Positions 6,165 to 15,135 of a stretch of DNA of 64,000 bases are shown piece by piece. Under the pieces are notes generated by a model. It was not told the origin of the DNA, made no database searches, and was given only the letters and a program-made list of their open reading frames with translations. The position numbers were made by a program, and so were the translations under genes. Numbering within the stretch: position 1 is the first letter of the stretch; the number at the start of each line of letters is the position of its first letter. Origin of the DNA: Parcubacteria bacterium GBS-2. GTDB taxonomy: Bacteria > Patescibacteriota > Minisyncoccia > Minisyncoccales > GBS-2. The stretch is taken from the NCBI GenBank assembly GCA_001443025.1, contig LEKP01000001.1, positions 56 to 64,055 of the forward strand. Reading direction: 5' to 3'.

Positions 6165-6740
6165 ATGTTTTATCAATCTACAATCTACAATTTGAAATTT
6201 ATAATTTCTTGCCTCTATTTTTTCTTACCAGCCTATTTTGCCAACATGACCCCACCGATCGCAAAGAAATTGGGAGTTTTAAAGTCTTTAGCAAAGCCAA
6301 TCGATTTTGACAAAAAATTTTTTGGAAAACCAATTTTTGGTTCTCATAAAACCTGGAGGGGAGCGATTTTGGCATTTTTTGTTGGGTTTTTAACTGCCTT
6401 GATTCAAGGATTTCTCTTTAATTTTGAACTTTTTAAAAAAATTTCAATTATTGATTACTCAAGGATTAATATTTTTCTCTTTGCTATTCTAATTTCTCTT
6501 GGTGAAATTTTCGGAGATTTATTTTTCGCTTTTGTTAAAAGAAGAATTAACCTGAAACCTGGAGCTCCTTTTATTCCCTTTGATCAAACAAACTACGTCT
6601 TTGGTTGTTTTTTGTTTTTGCAACCTTATTTGAAATTGGATTTGAAAATTTGGCTGACCATTTTAATTTTGACTTTTTTCTTACACATAATTTTCAACCG
6701 TCTAGGTTATTACTTGAAAATCCATAACGCAAAATGGTAA
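6165..6740 (+). CDS. carS: CDP-archaeol synthase (CarS, DUF46) homolog
   Basis: 191 aa, multi-TM. LPAYFANMTPP, PIDFDKKFFGKPIFGSHKTWRG, GEIFGDLFFAFVKRRINLKPGAPFIPFDQTNY and a C-terminal ...KIHNAKW track remembered archaeal CarS motifs (PIDFGK..GDGKTWRG; GDL..SFIKRR; ...VPW). Confidence 0.75.
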   Translation: MFYQSTIYNLKFIISCLYFFLPAYFANMTPPIAKKLGVLKSLAKPIDFDKKFFGKPIFGSHKTWRGAILAFFVGFLTALIQGFLFNFELFKKISIIDYSRINIFLFAILISLGEIFGDLFFAFVKRRINLKPGAPFIPFDQTNYVFGCFLFLQPYLKLDLKIWLTILILTFFLHIIFNRLGYYLKIHNAKW

Positions 6741-6749
6741 AATCAGATT

Positions 6750-7379
6750 ATGCTTGAAAAAATCTTTGAGATTTCTCCCTCTTTCTTTTGGGCAGGAATA
6801 ACTTTACTTTTTGGAATTTTGGTCGCAAAATTGTTTGAAAAGATCTGTCAAAGATTTTTGGAAAGAATAAGGTTAAATTCAGTTTTAAAAAGAATTGGAT
6901 TGAAAGAAGGGTTTGAAAAAATTGGAATCTCTCTCGATGCTCAAAAATTTTTCTCAGAAATTGTTCAATGGTTCTTTATCATTTTGTTTTTGATGGTCTC
7001 TTTTGAAATTTTAGGACTGTCAAAGTTTAGCGATTTTTTAGAAAAAGTTATTCTCTATTTTCAAAACATTTTCATTTCGATTTTGATTTTCATTTTCGCT
7101 TCTTATTTGATCGATTTTTCTCAAAAAGTTTTTGTTGGCTCTCTTGAAAGAGAAAAAATAACTTATTCTAGAACCTTTGGAAAAGGGTTTTCCCTTTCAA
7201 TTTGGGTTTTGAGCACTTTGGCGATTCTTTATCAACTGAAAATAGTTCCTGAACTGATTTTGGCAATCTTTGTTGGAGTAATTCTGATTATAGTTTTGGT
7301 AGTGGGCATTTCTTTTGGCTTGGCGGGAAAAGGAGTTGCAGAAAAATTCTTAAAGGAAATTGAGGAGAAACTAAAATAA
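6750..7379 (+). CDS. Multi-pass membrane protein (conserved-TM-helix / MscS-N-like)
   Basis: 209 aa with about 4 hydrophobic segments. No catalytic motif recognised. Confidence 0.3.
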   Translation: MLEKIFEISPSFFWAGITLLFGILVAKLFEKICQRFLERIRLNSVLKRIGLKEGFEKIGISLDAQKFFSEIVQWFFIILFLMVSFEILGLSKFSDFLEKVILYFQNIFISILIFIFASYLIDFSQKVFVGSLEREKITYSRTFGKGFSLSIWVLSTLAILYQLKIVPELILAIFVGVILIIVLVVGISFGLAGKGVAEKFLKEIEEKLK

Positions 7380-7380
7380 A

Positions 7381-9168
7381 ATGGAATATTTGACTCAAAA
7401 TGAGCTAAAGAGAATGTTTTTGAAATCTTGGGAAAGAATAGAGAAAGAAAAAGAAGAAATTAACAAAATCAACGTTTTTCCGGTTCCAGATCAAGACACT
7501 GGAACGAATTTAGCAAAGACTTTGGAGGGAATAAAAAAGGAAATTGAAGGAAAAGAATTCAAGGATTTAGAGGAAATTTCAAAATCTGCCCTAGAAGGAG
7601 CTTTAATTTCTGCTCAGGGAAATGCGGGTGTAATTTACACTGGCTTTTTAGCTGGATTTTTGCCAAAGTTAAACAAAAATCCAGTTGATGCAAAAAAACT
7701 AGCAGAGGCATTCGAGGAAGGAAGAAAAAGAGCTTGGAAATCTATGGTAAATCCAAAAGAAGGAACGATTTTGGATGTAATCGATGTAGTCGCTGAAACT
7801 TTTAAAAAAGAGGCAGAGAGAGAAAAAGATATTGTGAAAATTTTTGAAAAAGTAATTGAGAAGGCAAAAGAGGCGCTTTTGGCAACCAGAGAGAAAATGG
7901 AAATTTTTAAAAAAGCAAACGTCGTTGATGCAGGAGGGCTTGGCTTTTTAATGATCTTGGAAAGTTATTTGGATGCTTTAAAGCCAGAGGAGAAAAGGGA
8001 AAGAGAGAAAGAAAAGCCATCTGAAGAAATCAGAAGGTTCGTTCAAGTTTTGACAAACAGGTTTGAAGTAGTCGCTCTAATTTTGGATCCGAGGTTTGAT
8101 GAGGAGAAGGTAAAGGGAAAATTGAAGAAATTGGGAAATTGCCTAGACATTGTTAAAGTTGGAAACAAAATGAAAATTCACATTCATACTGATTATCCTG
8201 AGGAGGTCAGAGATGAAATAAAAAAGATCGGAAAAATTGAGAATTTGAGAATTGAAGATATGGCAAAAGAAATTGCTGGTGAGCCATCTTTAAGGAAAGT
8301 TTCAATCGGAATTGTTACTGAAGATGTAGCTTCGATTTTGCCAAAAATTTTAGAAAGGTATCAAATCGAAATTGCAAAAACAAAGTTTAATTGGCCAGAA
8401 TTAGAAAAAATCGAGGGAGAAAATATTTATCAAAAGATCAAAAAGGCTTATGAAATTGGGATCGAAACTAGACCAAGAACTTCTCAAGCAACTCCAAAAG
8501 AATATTTCGAAGCCATTAAAAAACAACTTCAAAATTTTGAAAAAGTTTTGTGTTTGACTGTAAGTTCAGGGCTTTCTGGATGCTACAATTCTGCGACTCA
8601 AGCAAGGGAAATGTTTTCAGAAAAAGACAGAGAAAGGATTTTTATTTTTGACACTCAAAACGCAGCAGCAGGTCAAGCCCTTTTTGTTTTAAGGGCAATT
8701 GAATTGATTCAAGAGCAAAGAGAAATTGAAGAAGTTATTGAAGAATTAAAAAAATTGATTCAAAAAACTCATTTGTATATTATTTTTGCCGATCCAAAAG
8801 GAATAGAATTTATTGGAAGAATAACAAAAAGTCAAGCAAATTGGATAAGGAGAATGAAGAAATTGAAGATCCATCCAATAATGACAATAAAAAATGGAGT
8901 TTTAACAAAAGGAGGAACAGTTTTTGCCAAAGACGAACCAGAAACCCTTTTTAAGAAAATTTTAAAAGAGAGTAAAAAAGAAAGAAAATTGGGAAAGAAA
9001 ATAAGGGTAATCATCAATCACGCTGACAATTTAGACGGGGCAAAAAGGTTAAAGGAATTTTTGAAAGGAATTGGAGCTGAAATTTCTTTTATCTCAGAGG
9101 GACCTCCGATAATTTGTGCTGTTACTGGTCCTGGAACTTTGATTTTAGGTTGGCAGCCAATTGAATAA
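7381..9168 (+). CDS. Fusion protein: FakA/YloV-like DAK2 (DhaL) kinase domain plus full DegV (FakB-like) domain
   Basis: N-terminus: PVPDQDTGTNL, AQGNAGVIYTGF, KEGTILDV, ANVVDAGGLGF (DhaL/FakA N-domain motifs). Middle: KIHIHTDYPEEV (YloV-type). Residues ~310-595: IGIVTEDVASILP...TSQATPKEYFEAI...LTVSSGLSGCYNSATQA...GPGTLILGW, colinear with the three downstream DegV paralogs. Confidence 0.75.
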   Translation: MEYLTQNELKRMFLKSWERIEKEKEEINKINVFPVPDQDTGTNLAKTLEGIKKEIEGKEFKDLEEISKSALEGALISAQGNAGVIYTGFLAGFLPKLNKNPVDAKKLAEAFEEGRKRAWKSMVNPKEGTILDVIDVVAETFKKEAEREKDIVKIFEKVIEKAKEALLATREKMEIFKKANVVDAGGLGFLMILESYLDALKPEEKREREKEKPSEEIRRFVQVLTNRFEVVALILDPRFDEEKVKGKLKKLGNCLDIVKVGNKMKIHIHTDYPEEVRDEIKKIGKIENLRIEDMAKEIAGEPSLRKVSIGIVTEDVASILPKILERYQIEIAKTKFNWPELEKIEGENIYQKIKKAYEIGIETRPRTSQATPKEYFEAIKKQLQNFEKVLCLTVSSGLSGCYNSATQAREMFSEKDRERIFIFDTQNAAAGQALFVLRAIELIQEQREIEEVIEELKKLIQKTHLYIIFADPKGIEFIGRITKSQANWIRRMKKLKIHPIMTIKNGVLTKGGTVFAKDEPETLFKKILKESKKERKLGKKIRVIINHADNLDGAKRLKEFLKGIGAEISFISEGPPIICAVTGPGTLILGWQPIE

Positions 9169-10066
9169 AAAATCAAAAATCAACATGCAAAATGAAAATT
9201 TAAAATCAAAAATTGGAATTGTCGCAGATGAAGGAGGAGATTTACCAAAAGAATTAATTGAAGAGCACAAAATTTCAATTGTGCCTTTTAAGGTTGATTT
9301 GGGTGAAATGAAAGATTTGGCAGGAAATATTTATCAGAGAATTAGGGAAGCAGAAAAGAGAGGATTGAAAAGTTTTGTTAAAACCTCACAACCTTCACCA
9401 GGAGATTTTTTGAAGGCATTTAAAGAAAAGTTAAAAGAATTTGAAGAGATTATTTGCGTTACCGTTACTTCAAAACATTCTGGAACTTTCAATTCTGCTT
9501 TGCAGGCAAAAGAATTTTTGCCAGAGAAAGAAAAAATTCATGTTCTGGATTCAATGAGTGTTTCTGGGGGAGAAGGATTGATAATTTTGAAGGTAGTTTC
9601 TTTGATAAAGAGTGGTTTGAAAATAAGCGAAGTTTTGGAAAAATTAAAGGAATCAATTTTAAAAACCAATTTAGTTTTTGTTTTGGAAAATCCAAAATGG
9701 GCGGTAGCCTCTGGGAGGATCCCAAAAGTTCTTGGTGCTCTTTTGGAAAGAATGCAAAGATTAGGTTTTTATCCTGTTTTGACAATAAAAAAGGGAAAAA
9801 TAAAGTTGAGTAGCATCAGAAAAGGAGTTAGAGATTTATCGGACGCTCTTTTTGAAGAATTTAAAAGCAAGATTTCAAAAGAAAAAGTTAAATCTGAAAT
9901 CAAAATTACAATCACTCATGCAGACAATGAAAAAGAAGCTAAAAAGCTTGAAGAATTAATTTTAAAGGTCAAAAACTGCAAAATTGAATTTAAAAACATT
10001 ATCGGAAACATCCTCGGTGGTCTCTCAGGTCCTGGAGCTTTAGTTTTGGCTTGGCAAATAGAATAA
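9161..10066 (+). CDS. DegV-family fatty-acid-binding protein
   Basis: IGIVADEGGDLP...TSQPSPGDFLKAF...VTVTSKHSGTFNSALQA...GPGALVLAW. Confidence 0.85.
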   Translation: MNKKSKINMQNENLKSKIGIVADEGGDLPKELIEEHKISIVPFKVDLGEMKDLAGNIYQRIREAEKRGLKSFVKTSQPSPGDFLKAFKEKLKEFEEIICVTVTSKHSGTFNSALQAKEFLPEKEKIHVLDSMSVSGGEGLIILKVVSLIKSGLKISEVLEKLKESILKTNLVFVLENPKWAVASGRIPKVLGALLERMQRLGFYPVLTIKKGKIKLSSIRKGVRDLSDALFEEFKSKISKEKVKSEIKITITHADNEKEAKKLEELILKVKNCKIEFKNIIGNILGGLSGPGALVLAWQIE

Positions 10067-10070
10067 AAAT

Positions 10071-10766
10071 ATGCATGTAGTAGTAATTCCAGACGGAAAC
10101 AGAAGGTGGGCAAGAAAGAGAAGGTTTTTACCTTGGCAAGGGCATATTGAAGGAGCAAAAACATTAGAAAAAATTTTAAAGAAAGCCTGGGAATTAAAAA
10201 TTCCTTATTTTACTTTTTGGGGAATGTCAGCAGACAATGTCTTAAAAAGACCAAAAAAAGAAGTTGAGGTTTTATTTTCAATTTTCAAAAAACAATTTAA
10301 AAAATTAGCAAAATCAAAAGAAATTCAAAAAGAGGGAGTAAAAATTAATGTTTTTGGGCTTTGGAAAAAATTTTTTCCAGAAAATGTAAAAGAAGCAATA
10401 AAATCAGCAATTGAAAGAACAAAGAAAAATCAAAAATTTGTTTTAACTTTTTTGTTGGCTTATAACGGCACAGACGAAATGTTAGAGGCAATCAAAAAAA
10501 TTGTGAAAAAAGCAAAAGAAAAAGAAATTGAAATTACAGAAAAATTGTTACTTGAAAATTTATGGACAGGGTCTTTGCCCCCGGTGGATTTGGTAATTAG
10601 AACAGGATGTGAAGACGATCCCCACAATTCTGCAGGTTTTATGATGTGGCATACAGCTTACTCTCAATTTTACTTTACAAAAACTTTTTTTCCAGATTTT
10701 TCTCCAGAGGAGTTTGAAAGAGCGATAAAAAATTTTCAAAAAAGAGAAAGAAGATTTGGAAAATGA
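10071..10766 (+). CDS. uppS: Isoprenyl (undecaprenyl-type cis-prenyl) diphosphate synthase
   Basis: VVIPDGNRRWARKR, FTFWGMSADN, IRTGCEDDPHNSAGFMMWHTAYSQFYF. Confidence 0.85.
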   Translation: MHVVVIPDGNRRWARKRRFLPWQGHIEGAKTLEKILKKAWELKIPYFTFWGMSADNVLKRPKKEVEVLFSIFKKQFKKLAKSKEIQKEGVKINVFGLWKKFFPENVKEAIKSAIERTKKNQKFVLTFLLAYNGTDEMLEAIKKIVKKAKEKEIEITEKLLLENLWTGSLPPVDLVIRTGCEDDPHNSAGFMMWHTAYSQFYFTKTFFPDFSPEEFERAIKNFQKRERRFGK

Positions 10767-11638
10767 AAAAAATAAGTTTAATAATCGGGCAAACTTCATC
10801 TTTACCAAAAGAAGTCATAGAAGAACACGGGATAGTTTGCGTTCCTTACATTGTTAATTGGCCGGAAGGAGAAAAAATTCCTGGGGAAAACATTTTTCAG
10901 AAAATGAGAGAGGCTGAAAAAGAGGGAATTTTGACCCTTCCGAAAACCTCTCAACCATCTCCCGGAGTTTTTAAAAAAATTTTTGATGAAGAATTAAAAA
11001 GAGCAGAAAAACTCATTGTTTTGACTTTAAGCTCAAAACTTTCTGGTGGTTATAATTCTGCCCTTCAAGCAAGAGAAATAATTCCAGAAAAAAATAGGAT
11101 TTTTGTTTTAGATACGTTAAACGTTACAGTTGGTGAAGGATTGATCGATCTTTATGTTGTAAAAATGATCCAAGAAGGAAAAGATGAAAGAGAAATTTTA
11201 GAAAGATTCCCCCAAATTATTAAGAACACGCATTTATTTGGAATGGTTGAAGATCCAAAATGGCTAGAAAGAGGGGGAAGGATTTCCCATTCTTTTGCTC
11301 TTTTGCTAGAAAAAATGCAAAAAATCGGAATGAGACCTTTGATCGGTGTTAAAAATGGAAAGGTAAAACCAGTTGCCTTAAAAATGAAAGCAAAGGATGT
11401 TCCAGAAGCTCTTTTCAGAGAATTGAAAAAGGAAGTTGAGAAAATTAAAGATAAAAAAGAAATTAAAATAGCAATCGGGCATGCTGACAATTTAGAGGGA
11501 GCTGAAAAATTAAAAGAGTTAATTAAAAAAAATTTAAAGGAAATAGAAATTTTGTTTTTAGGATTGATCGATCCTGTAATTGGAGTTCATGTCGGTCCTG
11601 GAAGCTTGGCAATAGCTTGGTCTCAGTTTAAACTATGA
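10763..11638 (+). CDS. DegV-family fatty-acid-binding protein
   Basis: TSQPSPGVFKKIF...LTLSSKLSGGYNSALQA...GPGSLAIAW. ATGA overlap with uppS. Confidence 0.85.
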   Translation: MKKISLIIGQTSSLPKEVIEEHGIVCVPYIVNWPEGEKIPGENIFQKMREAEKEGILTLPKTSQPSPGVFKKIFDEELKRAEKLIVLTLSSKLSGGYNSALQAREIIPEKNRIFVLDTLNVTVGEGLIDLYVVKMIQEGKDEREILERFPQIIKNTHLFGMVEDPKWLERGGRISHSFALLLEKMQKIGMRPLIGVKNGKVKPVALKMKAKDVPEALFRELKKEVEKIKDKKEIKIAIGHADNLEGAEKLKELIKKNLKEIEILFLGLIDPVIGVHVGPGSLAIAWSQFKL

Positions 11639-12474
11639 AAAAAATTGGAATTATCACCGAAGATGTTTGCTCTTTACCAGAGAGAATTATCAAGTATTTT
11701 GGAATTGAAATTGTAAAAACAAAGCTTTATTTTCCAGAATGGGAAAAATTTCCAAAAAATAATCTTTATCAATTGATGGCAGAGACAAAGGCAACTCCAA
11801 AGACTTCTGCTCCATCACCGGGGGACTATTTGAGAGCCTATAAAAAAGTTTTAGAAGATTTTGAAAAAGCGTTGGTCATTACTTTATCATCAAAACTTTC
11901 TGCATGTTATAATTCTGCTCTTCAGGCCAGAGAGGTTTTTGAAAATCCAGAAAAAGTAATAATTGTAGATTCTCTTCAGGCTGTTGCTGCTCAAGGACTT
12001 TTAGTTCTAAAGGCAGTCGAATTGATTAAAGAGAGAAGAGAAGTTAATGAAATTTTGGAGGTTTTGGAAAAATTGAAGAAAAAAATAAAACTTTTTGGTT
12101 TTTTAAGAACAACTTATTGGGCAGAAAAAATCGGGAGGATCAGCAAAAGAATGGCCCTTGCTTTCAGTACATTAAGAATTCTTGGAGTTTATCCTTATTT
12201 TGGAATCAAAGATGGAAAGATTGGATTTTCTGGATTTAATCTTTGGACCTACGATGAGCTTGAGGCAATGTTTAATCAATTAAAACATCAGGCAAAAAAA
12301 GGAAAAATTAGAGTTGGAATAAATTATACTGACAATCCTGACATTGCTTTAAAATTAAAAGAAAAAATCGAAAAAGAATTAAGGACAGAGGTTTTATTCG
12401 TTTCGATGGTTCCTCCAATTGTCGGTGCAAACTCAGGTCCTGGAACTTTAATTTCAGCTTGCTACCATGTTTAA
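11635..12474 (+). CDS. DegV-family fatty-acid-binding protein
   Basis: IGIITEDVCSLP...TSAPSPGDYLRAY...ITLSSKLSACYNSALQA...GPGTLISA. Confidence 0.85.
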   Translation: MKKIGIITEDVCSLPERIIKYFGIEIVKTKLYFPEWEKFPKNNLYQLMAETKATPKTSAPSPGDYLRAYKKVLEDFEKALVITLSSKLSACYNSALQAREVFENPEKVIIVDSLQAVAAQGLLVLKAVELIKERREVNEILEVLEKLKKKIKLFGFLRTTYWAEKIGRISKRMALAFSTLRILGVYPYFGIKDGKIGFSGFNLWTYDELEAMFNQLKHQAKKGKIRVGINYTDNPDIALKLKEKIEKELRTEVLFVSMVPPIVGANSGPGTLISACYHV

Positions 12475-13075
12475 ATTTATTTTCCTTTCAATCTTTGCCT
12501 ATTTCTTTGGTTCAATACCAACCGCTTTTTTAATTGGTAAATCAAAAGGAATAGATATTAGAAAAATTGGTTCAAAATCAATCACTGAAACAAATTTGGC
12601 AAGGGCTTTGGGCTGGAGATACGGAATAATTAGTGGAATTTTAGACGTTTTGAAGGGAGTAATTCCGACTCTTTTGGCAAAAAGCTTTTTAACTAACAAT
12701 TGGCAAATTATTTTAGTTGCTCTTTTGCCAACTTTGGGTCATGATTTTCCAATTTTTTTAAAGTTCAAACATGGGGGAAGAGGCGCTACAACGTTTTTTG
12801 GCGCTTCAATAGCTTTAGTTGGAATTAAATTTTTCTTTCCTCTTTTTTTAATTTGGCTTTTAATTCTCTCTCTAACAAAAATGACAGGCTTAACCAATTT
12901 TATTTTCCCTTGGGTTTTTTCAATTTTCCTTTACTTTTGGTACAAAATTGGTTTTTTTCCTTTTGAATATTTCATCTTTGGAATTTTGGAAGCGATTTTG
13001 ATAAACTTTGCATTAAGGAACAATATTAAAAGGTTGTGGGAAGGAAAAGAGCACAAAACTCCTCTAAAGTTTTAA
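12467..13075 (+). CDS. plsY: PlsY-like acyl-phosphate:glycerol-3-phosphate acyltransferase (copy 1)
   Basis: FGSIPTAFLIGKSKGIDIRKIGS, DVLKG, GHDFPIFLKFKHGGRGATT. The first motif is degenerate (GSKSITETN instead of GSGNxGATN). Confidence 0.7.
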   Translation: MFKFIFLSIFAYFFGSIPTAFLIGKSKGIDIRKIGSKSITETNLARALGWRYGIISGILDVLKGVIPTLLAKSFLTNNWQIILVALLPTLGHDFPIFLKFKHGGRGATTFFGASIALVGIKFFFPLFLIWLLILSLTKMTGLTNFIFPWVFSIFLYFWYKIGFFPFEYFIFGILEAILINFALRNNIKRLWEGKEHKTPLKF

Positions 13076-13077
13076 CC

Positions 13078-14208
13078 ATGTTCATTAAAGGAGTTGGAAT
13101 GACAAAATTTGATTATTCCCAAAAACCCTGGTGGAAGTTTGCCTTTGAAGCTGCAATGGAAGCATTGGAAGACTCGAAAATGAAAATTTCTCAAATTGAT
13201 TGCATTGTTTTTACTGGGATGGAAAGTTGCGATGGATTTTTTGAGCATCAGACCCACAAAACCTCTCTTTTGTCTGATCTTTTTAAAACTCATGTACCAA
13301 TAATTGAAGTTCCTGCAGTTTGTGCTGGAGGAGGAGTTGCTTTCTGGACTGCTTTAAAGCTAAAAGGGTTTAAAAACATTTTAGTTTTGTCAGGGGAAAA
13401 ATTGGTTGATAATTTAACTCCAGTTACAACCCATTGGATAGCTTCTGCAATTGAAAGAGAAATTGAGCAACCAGAAGGTCTGAATTTTCCTTTACAAAAC
13501 GCTCTAATCTGGGAGCAATACAAAAGAAAATACGGGGCAACTCACGAAGATTTAGAATTGATTTCTTTCAAAAATCATCAAAACGCAACCTTGAATGAGA
13601 AAGCATATTTTTATAAAAGACCTGTAACTTTAGAACAAATTAAAAATGCGCCAAAAATTGCCGGAGATTTTACAATGTACGATTGCTCTCTTTCTGTTAA
13701 CGGAGGATCCGCAGTGATTTTAACGCAAGAAAAAACCGACATTCAAGTTATAGGTTCTGGATTTGCTACTGATTATCTTTTAACTTTTGGTAGAGAAGAT
13801 CCAACCCATTTTGTTGCAACAAAAATTGCAGCAAAAAAAGCCTTTGAAGAAGCGAAAATTAAACCTCAAGATGTCCAAGTTGCAGAAATTCACGATGCTT
13901 TCACATCAGTTGAACTAATCTCTTACGAAGATTTAGGGTTTGCACCAGAAGGAAAAGGAGCAGAATTAATCAGAAAAGGAATTGTTAATTTAGATGGAAA
14001 ATTGCCAGTCAATCCTTCTGGAGGTTTAAAGGCAAGAGGTCATCCAATCTCTCCTACTGGGTTGGCTCAAATTTATGAGATAGTGAAGCAATTGAGGGGG
14101 CAAGCTAGAGAAAGGCAAGTAAAACCTATTCCAAAAATTGGTCTTTGCCACAATATTGGAGGAGCTGGAGGATCAGTTACTGTTCACATTATTAAAAAAA
14201 TATCTTGA
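13078..14208 (+). CDS. Archaeal/SCP-x-type thiolase-like condensing enzyme
   Basis: MFIKGVGMTKF..., active-site-like VPAVCAGGG, C-terminal NPSGGLKARGHPISPTGLAQIYEIVKQLRGQA...CHNIGGAGG. ATG 13078 (2 nt after the plsY stop) is preferred over the ORF-track start 13036. Confidence 0.75.
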   Translation: MFIKGVGMTKFDYSQKPWWKFAFEAAMEALEDSKMKISQIDCIVFTGMESCDGFFEHQTHKTSLLSDLFKTHVPIIEVPAVCAGGGVAFWTALKLKGFKNILVLSGEKLVDNLTPVTTHWIASAIEREIEQPEGLNFPLQNALIWEQYKRKYGATHEDLELISFKNHQNATLNEKAYFYKRPVTLEQIKNAPKIAGDFTMYDCSLSVNGGSAVILTQEKTDIQVIGSGFATDYLLTFGREDPTHFVATKIAAKKAFEEAKIKPQDVQVAEIHDAFTSVELISYEDLGFAPEGKGAELIRKGIVNLDGKLPVNPSGGLKARGHPISPTGLAQIYEIVKQLRGQARERQVKPIPKIGLCHNIGGAGGSVTVHIIKKIS

Positions 14209-14265
14209 GTAAAAAAATATCTTGAGAATAAAAATTTTAATACTCAGACTTGCCAGGCAGACTAA

Positions 14266-14572
14266 GCTATTTTTAAATTGAATGAAAAGCCTCGTTTTTT
14301 CTTCTCCCGAAAAAGTGAAGTTCTTTTGCTCGCAAAGAAAGAATTAAAAAAGATAATCAAAAATAAAGATGATGCCCCCCTTCCTCTTGGAATTGGTTTC
14401 GATTGCTGAATCCTTTATAGAGATGGAGTAAGCGGAAAGCCCTCTAAAGTTGGTTCAGGCCTTCTTTGGGAAATATTGAGTGTTACAGACAGCAATAAAC
14501 AAAGAGAATACGAAGCAGCTTATCGAGAAGGATACAAAGCGGGAGAAGAAGACAGAGAGAAAATAAAATAAT
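14266..14572 (+). pseudogene. About 100-codon reading frame interrupted by a single in-frame TGA (14407-14409)
   Basis: One frame is open 14266-14406 (...KKIIKNKDDAPLPLGIGFDC) and again 14410-14569 (ILYRDGVSGKPSKVGSGLLWEILSVTDSNKQREYEAAYREGYKAGEEDREKIK). No ATG start. It lies in the largest non-coding gap of the window. Confidence 0.3.
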
Positions 14573-14613
14573 AGCCCTTTGAGATAATGCTCATTTAAAT
14601 TGCTCATTTGATA

Positions 14614-15129
14614 CTAGCCTCTCATCAAAGAGGTTTTTTTATATAAATAGTAGGTTATCCCAAACTTTTTCTTACTAACGCAGATAGGCCTTGCATTTTC
14701 AAATGGCCAACAGGCGACTATTATTTTTGCCTCTTCTTTTAATTCTTTAACGAGTTTTTCTTTTAATTTCTTGTAGATCTTTGGGTGCCCAAAAATGAAA
14801 ACTACGTCCGCTTTTGATAAATCGTGGTGGAAAAAATCACCATAAAGTATTTTTACTCTTTTTTGAAGCAAAGATTTGATTTTCGAATATAAATATAATA
14901 GAGGAGAAATTTCTATTCCAACGCAATTTGCACGATATTTTTTTGCAAAATAAAATAGTACTCCTCCAGTGCCACTCCCAAGATCGTAAAAAACCACATT
15001 TTCTCTAAGATCTGCCAATTTTGCTATTCTTTCGTAATCCTCCTTTTTTGTAGGAATCCAAGGAACCCCCCAGAAAGCCCCAAAGAATAGCAGGATGAGC
15101 AGTATTATAAAAAGAAAAAGTGGGGACAT
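14614..15129 (-). CDS. Class I SAM-dependent methyltransferase with N-terminal TM anchor
   Basis: VFYDLGSGTGGVLFYFA (motif I), hydrophobic N-terminus. Confidence 0.7.
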   Translation of the reverse strand: MSPLFLFIILLILLFFGAFWGVPWIPTKKEDYERIAKLADLRENVVFYDLGSGTGGVLFYFAKKYRANCVGIEISPLLYLYSKIKSLLQKRVKILYGDFFHHDLSKADVVFIFGHPKIYKKLKEKLVKELKEEAKIIVACWPFENARPICVSKKKFGITYYLYKKTSLMRG

Positions 15130-15135
15130 ATTATT

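Noticed and set aside
14407-14450. Selenocysteine insertion at TGA 14407 (the residue before it is Cys; a hairpin CTTTA..TAAAG starts 3 nt downstream)
   Set aside because: The hairpin is weak and bulged and lacks the SECIS apical features. No selA/selB/selD or tRNA-Sec is in the window. A pseudogene is the simpler reading.
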